A stretch of 64,000 nt of DNA. Source: PVC group bacterium (GTDB lineage: Bacteria; Omnitrophota; Gorgyraeia; B26-G9). Shown here in pieces: positions 1-9,848 of the stretch; position 1 is the first letter of the stretch; each line of letters begins with the position of its first letter. The notes beneath the pieces are model-generated. The model saw only the letters and a program-made list of their open reading frames with translations. It did no database searches and was not told the origin of the DNA. A program made the position numbers and the translations under genes. Location of the stretch: contig JAAEQR010000195.1 in assembly GCA_024231215.1 (NCBI GenBank), positions 226,246-290,245 on the forward strand, written 5' to 3'.

Positions 1-702
1 AGAGGCGATGCCATCGCTATGTTTGCCGGTGGTACCGAAAGCAGTATTACTCCTTTAGGCTTTGGCGGATTTTGTGCGGCAAAGGCGCTTACGAAAAGAA
101 ATGACGATCCAGAACATGCATCTCGCCCTTTTGATAAGGAACGGGATGGTTTTTTAATGGGTGAAGGATCGGGTATTGTTGTTTTAGAAGAACTAGAACA
201 CGCTAAAAAAAGAGGGGCGACAATTTACGCGGAAATGGTTGGCTATGGTATGAGCGGAGACGCATATCATATGACTGCACCTTGTCCTGACGGTAACGGC
301 GGAGCTCGTTGTATACGTGCTTGTCTGGATGATGCGGGTGTTAATCTAGAAGAGGTAGATTATATCAATGCTCACGGGACATCAACGCTTATGAACGATA
401 GAGTTGAAACAATGGCTGTAAAAACAGTCTTTGGCGACCAGGCTAAGAATCTGGTACTTGGGTCTACTAAGTCTATGACTGGTCATTTGTTGGGCGCAGC
501 TGGTGGGGTTGAATTTGCCGCAGGTGCTTTAGCTATAAAAGAAGGGGTTATCCCTCCCACGATTAATTATGAAAATCCGGATCCGGAATGCGATTTGGAC
601 TGTGCACCTAATCAAGCTCGAAAGAAAGAAATAAATGTAGTATTATCCAATTCTTTGGGGTTTGGAGGTCATAATGTTACACTGGGGCTGCGGAAGTTCT
701 AA
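1..702 (+). CDS. fabF: 3-oxoacyl-[acyl-carrier-protein] synthase II, C-terminal part (5' end lies outside the window)
   Basis: The ORF is open from base 1. Translation shows KAS-II C-terminal motifs ([17 protein letters not shown]). A stem-loop terminator follows. Confidence 0.85.
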   Translation, partial: RGDAIAMFAGGTESSITPLGFGGFCAAKALTKRNDDPEHASRPFDKERDGFLMGEGSGIVVLEELEHAKKRGATIYAEMVGYGMSGDAYHMTAPCPDGNGGARCIRACLDDAGVNLEEVDYINAHGTSTLMNDRVETMAVKTVFGDQAKNLVLGSTKSMTGHLLGAAGGVEFAAGALAIKEGVIPPTINYENPDPECDLDCAPNQARKKEINVVLSNSLGFGGHNVTLGLRKF

Positions 703-727
703 AGTTCTCTAAACATAACTATTCCAT

Positions 728-760
728 GGGCAACGCTTAAATCTGTTGCCCATTATTTTA
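728..760 (+). terminator. rho-independent terminator after fabF
   Basis: Stem GGGCAAC / GTTGCCC is followed by a T-rich run. Confidence 0.5.
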
Positions 761-773
761 TCAATATAGTGCA

Positions 774-802
774 TTGACATATAGCTCTATTTTCGGTATA
801 AT
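774..802 (+). promoter_or_regulatory. sigma70-like promoter (TTGACA, 17 nt spacer, TATAAT) upstream of the acyl-CoA dehydrogenase operon
   Basis: Perfect consensus -35 and -10 hexamers with 17-nt spacing, read directly from the sequence. Confidence 0.5.
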
Positions 803-871
803 AATTTGCAATTTAATAATAGAAATAACTTTCAGAATAAATATTTAATTTTTTGCTAAAGGAGGAAATTT

Positions 872-2035
872 ATGGATTATTTGCTTACTGAAGAGCAGAT
901 AATGGTAAGGGATCTAGCCAGAAAAATTGCTCAGGAAAAAGTTAAACCGATTGCCGCGGAACTTGACGCAAAGGATGAATTTTCCTGGCCGTTAATGAAA
1001 TTATTGGCAGAATCCGACCTTTTTGGTGTTTATATTGAAGAAAAATATGGCGGTATGGGCGGCGGCATTCTGGAATTATGTTTGGTTACAGAAGAGTTAT
1101 CCCGTGCTTGCGGCGGTATAGCGGTAAGCTATGCAGCGTCTGCTTTAGGTACTGATCCTATAATTCTTATGGGTACTGAAGAACAGAAACAAAAATATCT
1201 TCCTGATCTTGCTAGCGGTAGAAAGATTGCGGCATTTGGATTGACCGAGCCGAACGCAGGTAGTGATGCCGGAGCTATGGAATGTACGGCAAAAAAAGAT
1301 GGTGATCATTATATTTTAAACGGGACAAAACATTTTATTACTAATGGTGGAGAAGCTGAAACATATACGATCATCGCGATGACCGATAAGACTAAAGGAT
1401 CTCGCGGAGCTTCTGCGTTTATTCTGGAAAAAGGAATGCCGGGATTTACTTTTGGAAAGAAAGAAGACAAGATGGGGATTCGTCCGTCTGCTACCCGTGA
1501 ACTTGTGTTTACCGATTGTAAAGTGCCTAAAGCAAATCTTCTTGGTAAAGAAGGCCAGGGATTTATTCTTGCGATGAAGACATTTGATATGTCCCGTCCG
1601 GGTGTTGCAGCGCAGGCATTAGGTATTGCTCAGGGTGCGCTTGATCTGGCACTTGAATATTCCAGACAGCGTCAGCAGTTTGGTCGGCCGATATGCAGTT
1701 TTCAGGGGATTAAGTTTATGCTTGCGGATATGGCAGCACAGACAGAGGCTGCGCGTGGGCTGGTTTACGGTGTAGCCAGAATGATTGATAGCGGTAATAC
1801 TAAAGTTACCAAAGAATCAGCCATGGCTAAGATGTTTGCTTCAGATACAGCAATGAGAGTTACGACTGATGCTGTGCAGATATACGGTGGTTATGGATAC
1901 ATGAAAGAATATCCGGTAGAGAAATTTATGCGTGATGCAAAAATTACTCAGATCTATGAAGGGACGAATCAGATTTTGCGTGATGTAATCGCGAATAATT
2001 TAATCAAAGAATCTCTTGCGGCTTCTAAAAAATAA
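872..2035 (+). CDS. bcd: acyl-CoA dehydrogenase (short-chain, butyryl-CoA dehydrogenase-like)
   Basis: 387 aa with ACAD family hallmarks (FGLTEPNAGSDA, catalytic region YGGYGY..E). A strong RBS, AAAGGAGG, precedes it. Confidence 0.9.
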   Translation: MDYLLTEEQIMVRDLARKIAQEKVKPIAAELDAKDEFSWPLMKLLAESDLFGVYIEEKYGGMGGGILELCLVTEELSRACGGIAVSYAASALGTDPIILMGTEEQKQKYLPDLASGRKIAAFGLTEPNAGSDAGAMECTAKKDGDHYILNGTKHFITNGGEAETYTIIAMTDKTKGSRGASAFILEKGMPGFTFGKKEDKMGIRPSATRELVFTDCKVPKANLLGKEGQGFILAMKTFDMSRPGVAAQALGIAQGALDLALEYSRQRQQFGRPICSFQGIKFMLADMAAQTEAARGLVYGVARMIDSGNTKVTKESAMAKMFASDTAMRVTTDAVQIYGGYGYMKEYPVEKFMRDAKITQIYEGTNQILRDVIANNLIKESLAASKK

Positions 2036-2053
2036 CTAAAAAAAGCTAATATT

Positions 2054-2845
2054 ATGAATATTATAGTTTGTATAAAACAAGTTCCAGACACTACCGAAGT
2101 TCGGATTAATCCGGAGACCAATACGCTGATACGTGACGGGGTGGCTTCTATAATCAATCCGTTTGATACTTATGCGATTGAAGAAGGCTTGCGTTTAAAA
2201 GAGCGTTTTGGCGGTAAAGTAACTGTAATTACTATGGGGCCGCCTCAGGCAGAAACAGCATTAAGAGAAGCAGTTTCTCTGGGTGTTGATGAAGCAGTGC
2301 TTCTTTCGGATCGGGCATTTGCCGGCAGTGATACCTTAGCTACTAGTTATGCTTTAGCTATGGGTATTAAAAAACTAGGTGAAGTTGATGTTATCCTTTG
2401 CGGAAAGCAGGCGATTGACGGAGATACTGCACAGGTTGGTCCGGGAATAGCGATCTGGCTTGATATGCCGCAGGCTACTTATGTAAAGAAAATTGAAGAT
2501 TGTAAAGAAGAAAGCGGTAAAAAAGTATTTCGCGTACATCGTATGGTTGAAGAAGGACATGAAGTTCTGGATGTTCCTTTGCCATGCATGCTCACAGTAG
2601 TAAAAGAGATTAATGAGCCGAGGATGCCTTCTTTAAAAGGGATGATGCGTTCGAAAAAGGCTGAGATTATAAAATGGAGTGCAGCTGATATTCAGGCTGA
2701 AGAAGAGAATATTGGTTTAGATGGTTCGCCAACTCAGGTTATGCGTATTTTTAGTCCCGAACAAAGAAAAGGCGGGGAAATGCTGCACGGAGAGGTGCAT
2801 GAAATTGCGGATAGACTGCAGGATGTTTTAAAAGAACTGATATAA
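2054..2845 (+). CDS. etfB: electron transfer flavoprotein beta subunit
   Basis: 263 aa. The N-terminus MNIIVCIKQVPD and the overall match are typical of EtfB. It lies immediately downstream of bcd. Confidence 0.9.
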   Translation: MNIIVCIKQVPDTTEVRINPETNTLIRDGVASIINPFDTYAIEEGLRLKERFGGKVTVITMGPPQAETALREAVSLGVDEAVLLSDRAFAGSDTLATSYALAMGIKKLGEVDVILCGKQAIDGDTAQVGPGIAIWLDMPQATYVKKIEDCKEESGKKVFRVHRMVEEGHEVLDVPLPCMLTVVKEINEPRMPSLKGMMRSKKAEIIKWSAADIQAEEENIGLDGSPTQVMRIFSPEQRKGGEMLHGEVHEIADRLQDVLKELI

Positions 2846-2917
2846 GAATATATTATTTGGGTATTGTGTTTTGAGATTTATTTATAATTTGGAATTTTCG
2901 AGCGAAGCGAGAATAAT

Positions 2918-4102
2918 ATGGCAATAGAAGTAATTCAACAAAAATGTGTCGGATGTGCGCTGTGTTTAAAGAGTTGTCCTTTTGCCGCGATTGAGATGGT
3001 TAATAAAGTCGCAGTGATTAAGGACAATTGCGTTGCTTGCGGTGCTTGTATTGAAAGTTGTAAGTTCGATGCAATTATTTTAAGAAAGCATGACGAAGGT
3101 GTTTTGCCGGAAGAAGAGTATGCTGATGTATGGGTATTCGGGGAACAGAAAAAAAGTGTTATCCAGTCGGTAGTTTATGAGCTTTTGGGCGAGGGAAAAA
3201 AACTGGCTCAGAAAAGAGGCCAAAAACTAGCGGTGGTTTTATTAGGAGATAAGGGGATTGAAAAACAAGCCCAGAAACTTATTCAACGCGGTGCAGATAA
3301 AGTTTATGTGGTTGAATCTCCGGAGTTGAAAAATTATCAGGATGAAACTTATACCTGCGTGCTTACAAAGTTGATTAAAGATTATAAGCCGGAGATTGTT
3401 TTAACCGGGGCAACAAGTATTGGCCGTTCATTGATTCCGCGTGTAGCTGTAAATTTAAAAACCGGACTTACCGCAGATTGCACAGGCCTTGATATTGACG
3501 AAGAAAAAGGCTTACTGCTTCAGACACGTCCTGCTTTTGGCGGTAATATTATGGCGACAATTATTTGCCCGCATCGTCGTCCTCAAATGGCAACGGTACG
3601 GCATAAAGTAATGAAAGAAGCCCAGATCGATTTGAAGTATAAGGGTGAAATTATAAAAATAGATGCTAAGGATTTTTGTTTAAGTGCTTGCGCTAAACTG
3701 ATTGATATTATTGAAGCAATTGAAGAGACGATCAACCTTACTGAAGCGGACATTATTGTTTCGGGGGGACGTGGTATTGGAAATCCTGAAAATTTTAAAC
3801 TTATTGAGGAATTCGCCAAAACTATTGGTGCGGCAGTTGGTGCATCTCGTGCTACTGTAGATGCCGGATGGATTCCTTATTCTCATCAAGTCGGACAGAC
3901 CGGGAAAACTGTATGTCCGAAAATCTATTTTGCCTGTGGTATATCCGGCCAAATTCAGCATTTAGTCGGCATGCAGTCTGCAGATATTATTATCGCAATT
4001 AACAAAGACCCCGATGCTCCAATCTTTAAAATTGCCACCTATGGCATAGTCGGAGATATTTTTGAAGTGCTTCCAGCCTTAATTAAAAAATTCAAAAAGT
4101 AA
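2918..4102 (+). CDS. etfA: electron transfer flavoprotein alpha subunit with an N-terminal 2x[4Fe-4S] ferredoxin domain
   Basis: Two CxxCxxCxxxCP motifs lie in the first 60 aa. The EtfA FAD-binding C-terminal half follows. Confidence 0.9.
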   Translation: MAIEVIQQKCVGCALCLKSCPFAAIEMVNKVAVIKDNCVACGACIESCKFDAIILRKHDEGVLPEEEYADVWVFGEQKKSVIQSVVYELLGEGKKLAQKRGQKLAVVLLGDKGIEKQAQKLIQRGADKVYVVESPELKNYQDETYTCVLTKLIKDYKPEIVLTGATSIGRSLIPRVAVNLKTGLTADCTGLDIDEEKGLLLQTRPAFGGNIMATIICPHRRPQMATVRHKVMKEAQIDLKYKGEIIKIDAKDFCLSACAKLIDIIEAIEETINLTEADIIVSGGRGIGNPENFKLIEEFAKTIGAAVGASRATVDAGWIPYSHQVGQTGKTVCPKIYFACGISGQIQHLVGMQSADIIIAINKDPDAPIFKIATYGIVGDIFEVLPALIKKFKK

Positions 4103-4302
4103 TTTTTATCAAGTTTTAATACACTACATCTTGTGTTTTTTGGTGAAAAATCAAGTTTTTTACCAAATATCTTGCATTATAAAAAAAAGTTTGATATACT
4201 TCAATTAAGAAATAGTATATATAAATATAATAACAAATAGTAGTAACAAACATGTCCAACAGACAAGGGAATGTCTCTTCTCTTTTATTATAAGGATATA
4301 AA

Positions 4303-7300
4303 ATGTATTTTAAAAAGTTAGAACTTTATGGTTTTAAATCTTTTGTAGATAAAACCACCCTTCTTTTTGAGCCTGGAGTAACTGCAATTGTTGGTCCTAA
4401 TGGTACCGGTAAAAGTAATATTTCCGATGCAATAAAATGGGTTTTGGGCGAACAAAGTGTAAAATCCATGCGCGGCAGTAAAATGGAAGATGTTATTTTT
4501 AACGGTACAGAGTTGCGTCCGCCGGTAAATATGGCTGAAGTTTCACTTACGCTGTCTAATGAAGGAAGACACCTGCCTATAGATTACGATGAGATCAGGA
4601 TTACCCGAAGGCTTTATCGTTCCGGTGAAAGTGAATATCTTCTGAATAAAACTCCGGTAAGATTAAGAGACATTAATGAGCTTTTAATGGGGACAGGGAT
4701 TGGGACTGAATCTTATTCTCTTTTAGAACAGGGCCGAATAGACTCGATAATAAGTTCTAAGCCGGAAGATCGCCGCATTATTTTTGAAGAAGCAAGCGGG
4801 ATTACTAAATTCAAAAAGAAAAAAAATGAAGCTATGCGTAAGCTGCAGCAGACAGAAGAGAATTTGCTGCGCGTTAATGATATTGTAGTTGAAGTTAACA
4901 GGCAATTAAATTCCATCCAAAGACAGGTGAATAAAGCCAGGCGTTACCAAGAACATTTCCAAGAGCTTAAAAACCTGGATACACAGTATACCTACCGTGA
5001 ATATAATATTTTAAAATCCGAGCAGGATCAGTTCCTGGGAGAAGAGAATCAATGTCGTGGTTCTCAGGAGCAGATAGAAAATGAACTGGTAAGCATTTCG
5101 CAGCTTTTTGAAGATGTGAAGAATACGCTTACTCAGGTAGAGAATGATTATAAAGATCTGACTAATAAGGTCATGATTGCCGAGACACAGATTGAAAAAA
5201 ATACTGATCGTGTGAACTTAAATAAAGAGCGTATTGATGAGTTTACTCAGAGAGTAAACGATGCAGTAATAGATATTGGAAATACAAATAAAAAGATAGA
5301 AGAAGTAGAGCAGCAGCGCACTCTTCTTAATGAACGCATTGTTTCTTTTCAGGAAGAAAAGCATATTAAGGAAAATCAATTAAACCTGAAGAAAACAAGT
5401 CTTGAAGAGATTGAAAACCAGATTAGAGAAGCTAAGGATACCATTGCTCTGGCTAAAGAGAAAGCTGTAAATCTTTTATCTGAACATGCCCAGCTGAAAA
5501 ATAATCTCGCAAAACTTTCTGCTAACATTCATAACGCAAATGCGCGTCTGACTAGATTGCGTCAGGAAAAAAGCAAGACAGAAGAAGAATTTAATGAGAT
5601 AAATACATCTTTAGAGGGAAAAATAAATGAGCTCAATCAGCTGAAGGGGCGGGTTGATGATGAAGAAAAGAAAGAATCATCGTTACGTTCTTCTCAGGAA
5701 TTACTTGCCGGAGGCATAAAAAATCTGGAAGAAGAAATTCAGAAGTCTAAAGAGGGATTAATTGCTAAACAATCACAGCTTATTGTTCTTGAAGATTTAA
5801 GCAAAACTTACGAAGGGTTTTCTAACGCGGTAAAGGCATTGATGCCTCAAAAAGAAGAATTCCCCGAACAGTTTGAAGGGGTGCATGATGTCTTAGTGAA
5901 CTTGATCGAGGTCAGTTCCGGATATGAAATGTGCGTGGAAAACGCATTAACTGATTATTTGCAGGCTGTGGTGGTAGAAGATAGTCAGGCAATGTTGCGT
6001 TTGCGGGATTTTCTTGATTCTCAGAATATCGGCAGGGTGCGAATTATTGCTCTGGATACTATTCCGGTGGATTTAACTTCTCAGGTTTCTGGTGATGATT
6101 TACAAGCAATAACAAATTTTGTTAATTGTGAGGATAAATATAAAGGCTTAATGGCTTATCTTTTGAGGAATACGTTTCTAGTTTCTAAAGATAAGATCGA
6201 GACTGTCTCAGGAGAAAATTTTACAGCAACCCCAGAGTTGGTAGAATTTACTTATCGTGGTTTTAATTTGAATAGTGTTGAGATAATCGGTGATTTTAAT
6301 AATTGGCAGCCGTCTTCTGATACAACATTGGAACTTACCGATCCGGGGATATGGACGCGAAAGGTTTTTTTAAGCCCGGGGCATTATCGTTATAAATTTA
6401 TTGTTGATGGACAATGGATAACTGATCCGGAAAATAATAATATAGAGACAGATATTATCGGTAATTCAAATTCTATTTTAGAAATAACAGAAGCCGTAGA
6501 GAAAAAAGAAATAAAGTCGAATATATTTGATCAATTAGATGTCTCAACGCAGTTGGTAACAACCGAAGGTGAAATTTATACCCGGACTGAACTTGTAACC
6601 AAACCGACAAATGAACACAGCCTTGGTTTAATTTCTCAAAAGGCCCAGATGAGGCAACTAAAGGAAGATTGTATATATATTGATCAAAGAATTGAAGAGC
6701 TGGCGAATAAGGAAGCTTTAGAAAGTGAACAGCTGGAGAAAGTAGAAGCAGAACTGTCTCAGTTAACTGAAATATTGCATCATGAGAAAGTTATTTTTGC
6801 AAATAAAGACTCAGAAAGAGTGAGTATTGAATCTGCAAAAAAGAAACTGGATGATGAGTTATCCGTGGTTAATCTAGAAATAGAAGAAACAACTCTGGAT
6901 CTAAACGAATTAGTTGAAAAAGAAAAACAAAGCAAAGAATCCCTAGAAGCAGTTGAACAGCAGATTGCTCAGAATGAGCAGGAGATGAATTGTTCTCAGG
7001 ATCTAATATCTGATAAGACTCGGGAACGGGAAGATTTGCTGGTGGTTATTGCAGAGAAGAAAACGGAATTTTCTTTAGTTAATGAACAAGAGGCATCATT
7101 GAATCAGAACATGATCATGCTAACTGAAAATTATGACCAGATGCGTAATAACGTAGAAGAGCTGACCCGGCAGAAAGAAGAATCAACCCGACGGATCGGG
7201 GAACTGTCTGAGCAGGTAGTTAATTTAGAGCAGAATACAACGGTGCTGGGCGAAGAAAAACAGCAAATTGACACACAACTAGAACAGACAACGATGCAGC

Positions 7301-8214
7301 GCAGTAGATTGCTTGAAGAATTTGAATCGATGCAAATACAAATCAGAGAAAAAGAAAATAATTTAAACCAGATTAAAAATAGAATTAGAGATATGGATGT
7401 TAGAAATGTAGAACTAAAATTCAAGCTGGATGCGTTAATAAATACTAGTTATCAATCTTATAAGATTGATTTGGCCTCTCTGGTTATGGAGCTTCCGGAA
7501 GATATCGATTGGGATCAGCAAAAAGAACAAATTGATGTTTTAAAGCAGAAGGTTGATCGGCTAGGTTCGGTTAATTTAGCGGCAGTAGAAGAAGAGGAAG
7601 AATTAAGGGAGCGTGCGGAATTTTTAAATAGCCAGAGGGAAGATTTAGTTGCGGCAAAAGAGACTTTGATGCAGGCTATACGAAAGATAAACAGAACGAC
7701 TAAGACTCTTTTTCTGGATACTTTTGAACAGGCGAAGGTGGCTTTCCGGGAATATTATAAGCTGCTTTTTAGCGGTGGGGATGCTCAGCTATACTTATCG
7801 GAAGATAAAGATGTTTTAGAGAGCGGTGTTGAGATAGTTGTTCGCCCTCCGGGAAAACGCTTACAAAGCATAACTCTACTTTCCGGAGGAGAAAAAACAC
7901 TAACTGCTATCGCATTACTATTCGCGGTATTTAAAATAAAACCTACTCCGTTTTGTGTGCTTGATGAAATGGATGCGCCTTTGGATGAATCAAATATTGA
8001 TCGTTTCACCCGGGTTTTGCAGGAGTTTTTGAAGAATTCCCAATTTATTATTATCACTCATAATAAGAAGACCATTGGTATGGCAGATGTTATGTATGGA
8101 GTGACTATGGGAGAACCCGGCATTTCCAAATTGGTATCGGTAAAATTCAGTGAGTATAAAGATGCTCCTGTTGCCGAGCCTGTCGAAGAAGAGCCTGTTG
8201 CGTCTGCTGCATAA
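4303..8214 (+). CDS. smc: chromosome segregation protein SMC carrying an inserted CBM48/AMPK-beta-like glycogen-binding domain in the hinge
   Basis: N-terminal Walker A GPNGTGKSN, long coiled coils, a hinge, and a C-terminal ABC signature LSGGEKTLTAIALLFA with Walker B. It is 1303 aa against about 1180 for canonical SMC. The extra ~110 aa lie at nt 6214-6549. Confidence 0.9.
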   Translation: MYFKKLELYGFKSFVDKTTLLFEPGVTAIVGPNGTGKSNISDAIKWVLGEQSVKSMRGSKMEDVIFNGTELRPPVNMAEVSLTLSNEGRHLPIDYDEIRITRRLYRSGESEYLLNKTPVRLRDINELLMGTGIGTESYSLLEQGRIDSIISSKPEDRRIIFEEASGITKFKKKKNEAMRKLQQTEENLLRVNDIVVEVNRQLNSIQRQVNKARRYQEHFQELKNLDTQYTYREYNILKSEQDQFLGEENQCRGSQEQIENELVSISQLFEDVKNTLTQVENDYKDLTNKVMIAETQIEKNTDRVNLNKERIDEFTQRVNDAVIDIGNTNKKIEEVEQQRTLLNERIVSFQEEKHIKENQLNLKKTSLEEIENQIREAKDTIALAKEKAVNLLSEHAQLKNNLAKLSANIHNANARLTRLRQEKSKTEEEFNEINTSLEGKINELNQLKGRVDDEEKKESSLRSSQELLAGGIKNLEEEIQKSKEGLIAKQSQLIVLEDLSKTYEGFSNAVKALMPQKEEFPEQFEGVHDVLVNLIEVSSGYEMCVENALTDYLQAVVVEDSQAMLRLRDFLDSQNIGRVRIIALDTIPVDLTSQVSGDDLQAITNFVNCEDKYKGLMAYLLRNTFLVSKDKIETVSGENFTATPELVEFTYRGFNLNSVEIIGDFNNWQPSSDTTLELTDPGIWTRKVFLSPGHYRYKFIVDGQWITDPENNNIETDIIGNSNSILEITEAVEKKEIKSNIFDQLDVSTQLVTTEGEIYTRTELVTKPTNEHSLGLISQKAQMRQLKEDCIYIDQRIEELANKEALESEQLEKVEAELSQLTEILHHEKVIFANKDSERVSIESAKKKLDDELSVVNLEIEETTLDLNELVEKEKQSKESLEAVEQQIAQNEQEMNCSQDLISDKTREREDLLVVIAEKKTEFSLVNEQEASLNQNMIMLTENYDQMRNNVEELTRQKEESTRRIGELSEQVVNLEQNTTVLGEEKQQIDTQLEQTTMQRSRLLEEFESMQIQIREKENNLNQIKNRIRDMDVRNVELKFKLDALINTSYQSYKIDLASLVMELPEDIDWDQQKEQIDVLKQKVDRLGSVNLAAVEEEEELRERAEFLNSQREDLVAAKETLMQAIRKINRTTKTLFLDTFEQAKVAFREYYKLLFSGGDAQLYLSEDKDVLESGVEIVVRPPGKRLQSITLLSGGEKTLTAIALLFAVFKIKPTPFCVLDEMDAPLDESNIDRFTRVLQEFLKNSQFIIITHNKKTIGMADVMYGVTMGEPGISKLVSVKFSEYKDAPVAEPVEEEPVASAA

Positions 8215-8245
8215 TTAACGTCTTCTCGCTAAGTTCGCGGGGGTG

Positions 8246-9430
8246 TTATTCTAATTCTTTACTAAACATGCATACTCTGTTGCGGCCGGTGTTTTTAGCT
8301 GCGTAAAGCGCTTTATCTGCGCAGGCAATGAGGGAGTTTTTTTCCTGAGCGTCTTGGGGAAAGCTGGCTACGCCGATACTTATACCTATCTTTCTTTTTG
8401 TTTTTGTCTTGGGATCATAGAAATATGTTGCAGATACGGTTTTTCTTATTCTCTCAGCTGAAGAGTAGGCTTTTTCTTTAAAAGTTTCAGGGAGAATAAT
8501 TGCGAATTCTTCTCCTCCGTAGCGGGCGACAAGATCAACCTCGCGGCATGATTTTCTTAATATCCCAGCTAATTCCTGCAGGAGTTTATCCCCGGTAAGA
8601 TGCCCGAAATTATCATTAAAGCTTTTAAAAAAATCAAGATCTGCCATAAGCAGACTTACATGCCGGTTAAAGCGGGCGGCTCTTTTAATTTCTTCTTTTA
8701 ATTGATGCTGAAAATATCCATAATTCCAGAGATTAGTTAGTCGGTCCGTATTAGATAGAACTAATGTTCGTTCAAATTCCTGCGAGTTTTCGATCGCCAA
8801 TCCAGCTTGATTGGCAAACATGTTCAGTTTCCAGATATCTTCTTTAGTGATCGTTTTCTTTGAATAGAAATTATCAACTAACATTACTCCGACTACACGA
8901 TCTTTTGCTAGTAACGGTACGGTAACAAAATAATTCATATTGAAAAGAGATACTACCAGGTCATTGCTTTTTATTGTTTTTTTTGTTTTTGAGTCAATTA
9001 TATTAAAAGGATGGCGTTTTTTTACGGTTTGAGATAGAATCCCAGTTGATGTTTCCAGGGGGAGTTGAATCTTTGTTACCAGATTATTAAGATGTGAGTC
9101 AGGACGGCGGCCGAATTCTTCGTAGGCACTAACCAGTTCATCCAGGGTTGTTTGTTCTTTCTCCAAGTGCTTCCAGATGCTATGCGCATCTTCTCCTGAA
9201 TCCGGGCCGATACCCATGCGTCCTTCCAGGGTATTGTTTGTTTCATTTACCAGAAATACCATAGCTCGGTTAAACCCAAGGCCTTCATGCGCAGTAACGC
9301 TGGTAAGAATGATGTAAAGGATTTCATCCAATCTCAATGTAGAACGCATGGCATTGCCGATCTCATATAGCATAAGGAGCTCGGATTGATGTTTTTGGAT
9401 AGTTTTCGGGATATTTTTCTTATTAAGCAT
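8246..9430 (-). CDS. GAF domain-containing diguanylate cyclase (GGDEF)
   Basis: C-terminal GGDEF domain with an intact RYGGEEF motif and an N-terminal GAF-like domain. Confidence 0.85.
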   Translation of the reverse strand: MLNKKNIPKTIQKHQSELLMLYEIGNAMRSTLRLDEILYIILTSVTAHEGLGFNRAMVFLVNETNNTLEGRMGIGPDSGEDAHSIWKHLEKEQTTLDELVSAYEEFGRRPDSHLNNLVTKIQLPLETSTGILSQTVKKRHPFNIIDSKTKKTIKSNDLVVSLFNMNYFVTVPLLAKDRVVGVMLVDNFYSKKTITKEDIWKLNMFANQAGLAIENSQEFERTLVLSNTDRLTNLWNYGYFQHQLKEEIKRAARFNRHVSLLMADLDFFKSFNDNFGHLTGDKLLQELAGILRKSCREVDLVARYGGEEFAIILPETFKEKAYSSAERIRKTVSATYFYDPKTKTKRKIGISIGVASFPQDAQEKNSLIACADKALYAAKNTGRNRVCMFSKELE

Positions 9431-9848
9431 AATCTTATTGTATAGTTATGTGATTTTTTGTCAACAGAGAAATGAAAATTTACCTGTTTTTTGAGGGGGC
9501 ATTCGTTTTTAGTAAATTTGCTTGACATTTTTAGCTATTCGTTGTATTAAAGATGTATACAGTATATGTAGTTAAAACAATTAAACGTTTATAAAAATAT
9601 AAAATCCCATAAATAACCATAAATACATATAATATTTAATAAACATCTTAACCTCATACAATCCCTAGTAAAGTCCTAAATTTGTACGGAAATATTTACT
9701 CAAGTAGTTAACTGATAGTGATTTCATAACTTATATTATTTTAAGCTTTATTCATCTGCTTAAAAAGATTGCATATATTATATAGAATCTGTCTTAGAGC
9801 GGGTAGAGGGTAATCAGAATAAAGCTGCAAAAATTTTAATGAGGTTTT

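Noticed and set aside
1969-2157. Antisense small ORFs inside long genes (e.g. 1969-2157, 2375-2560, 3583-3961, 4713-4916, 7131-7424, 7785-8057, 49213-49916, 57609-58149)
   Set aside because: They are fully embedded antisense or out of frame within well-supported conserved genes. They have low-complexity translations and no RBS support.
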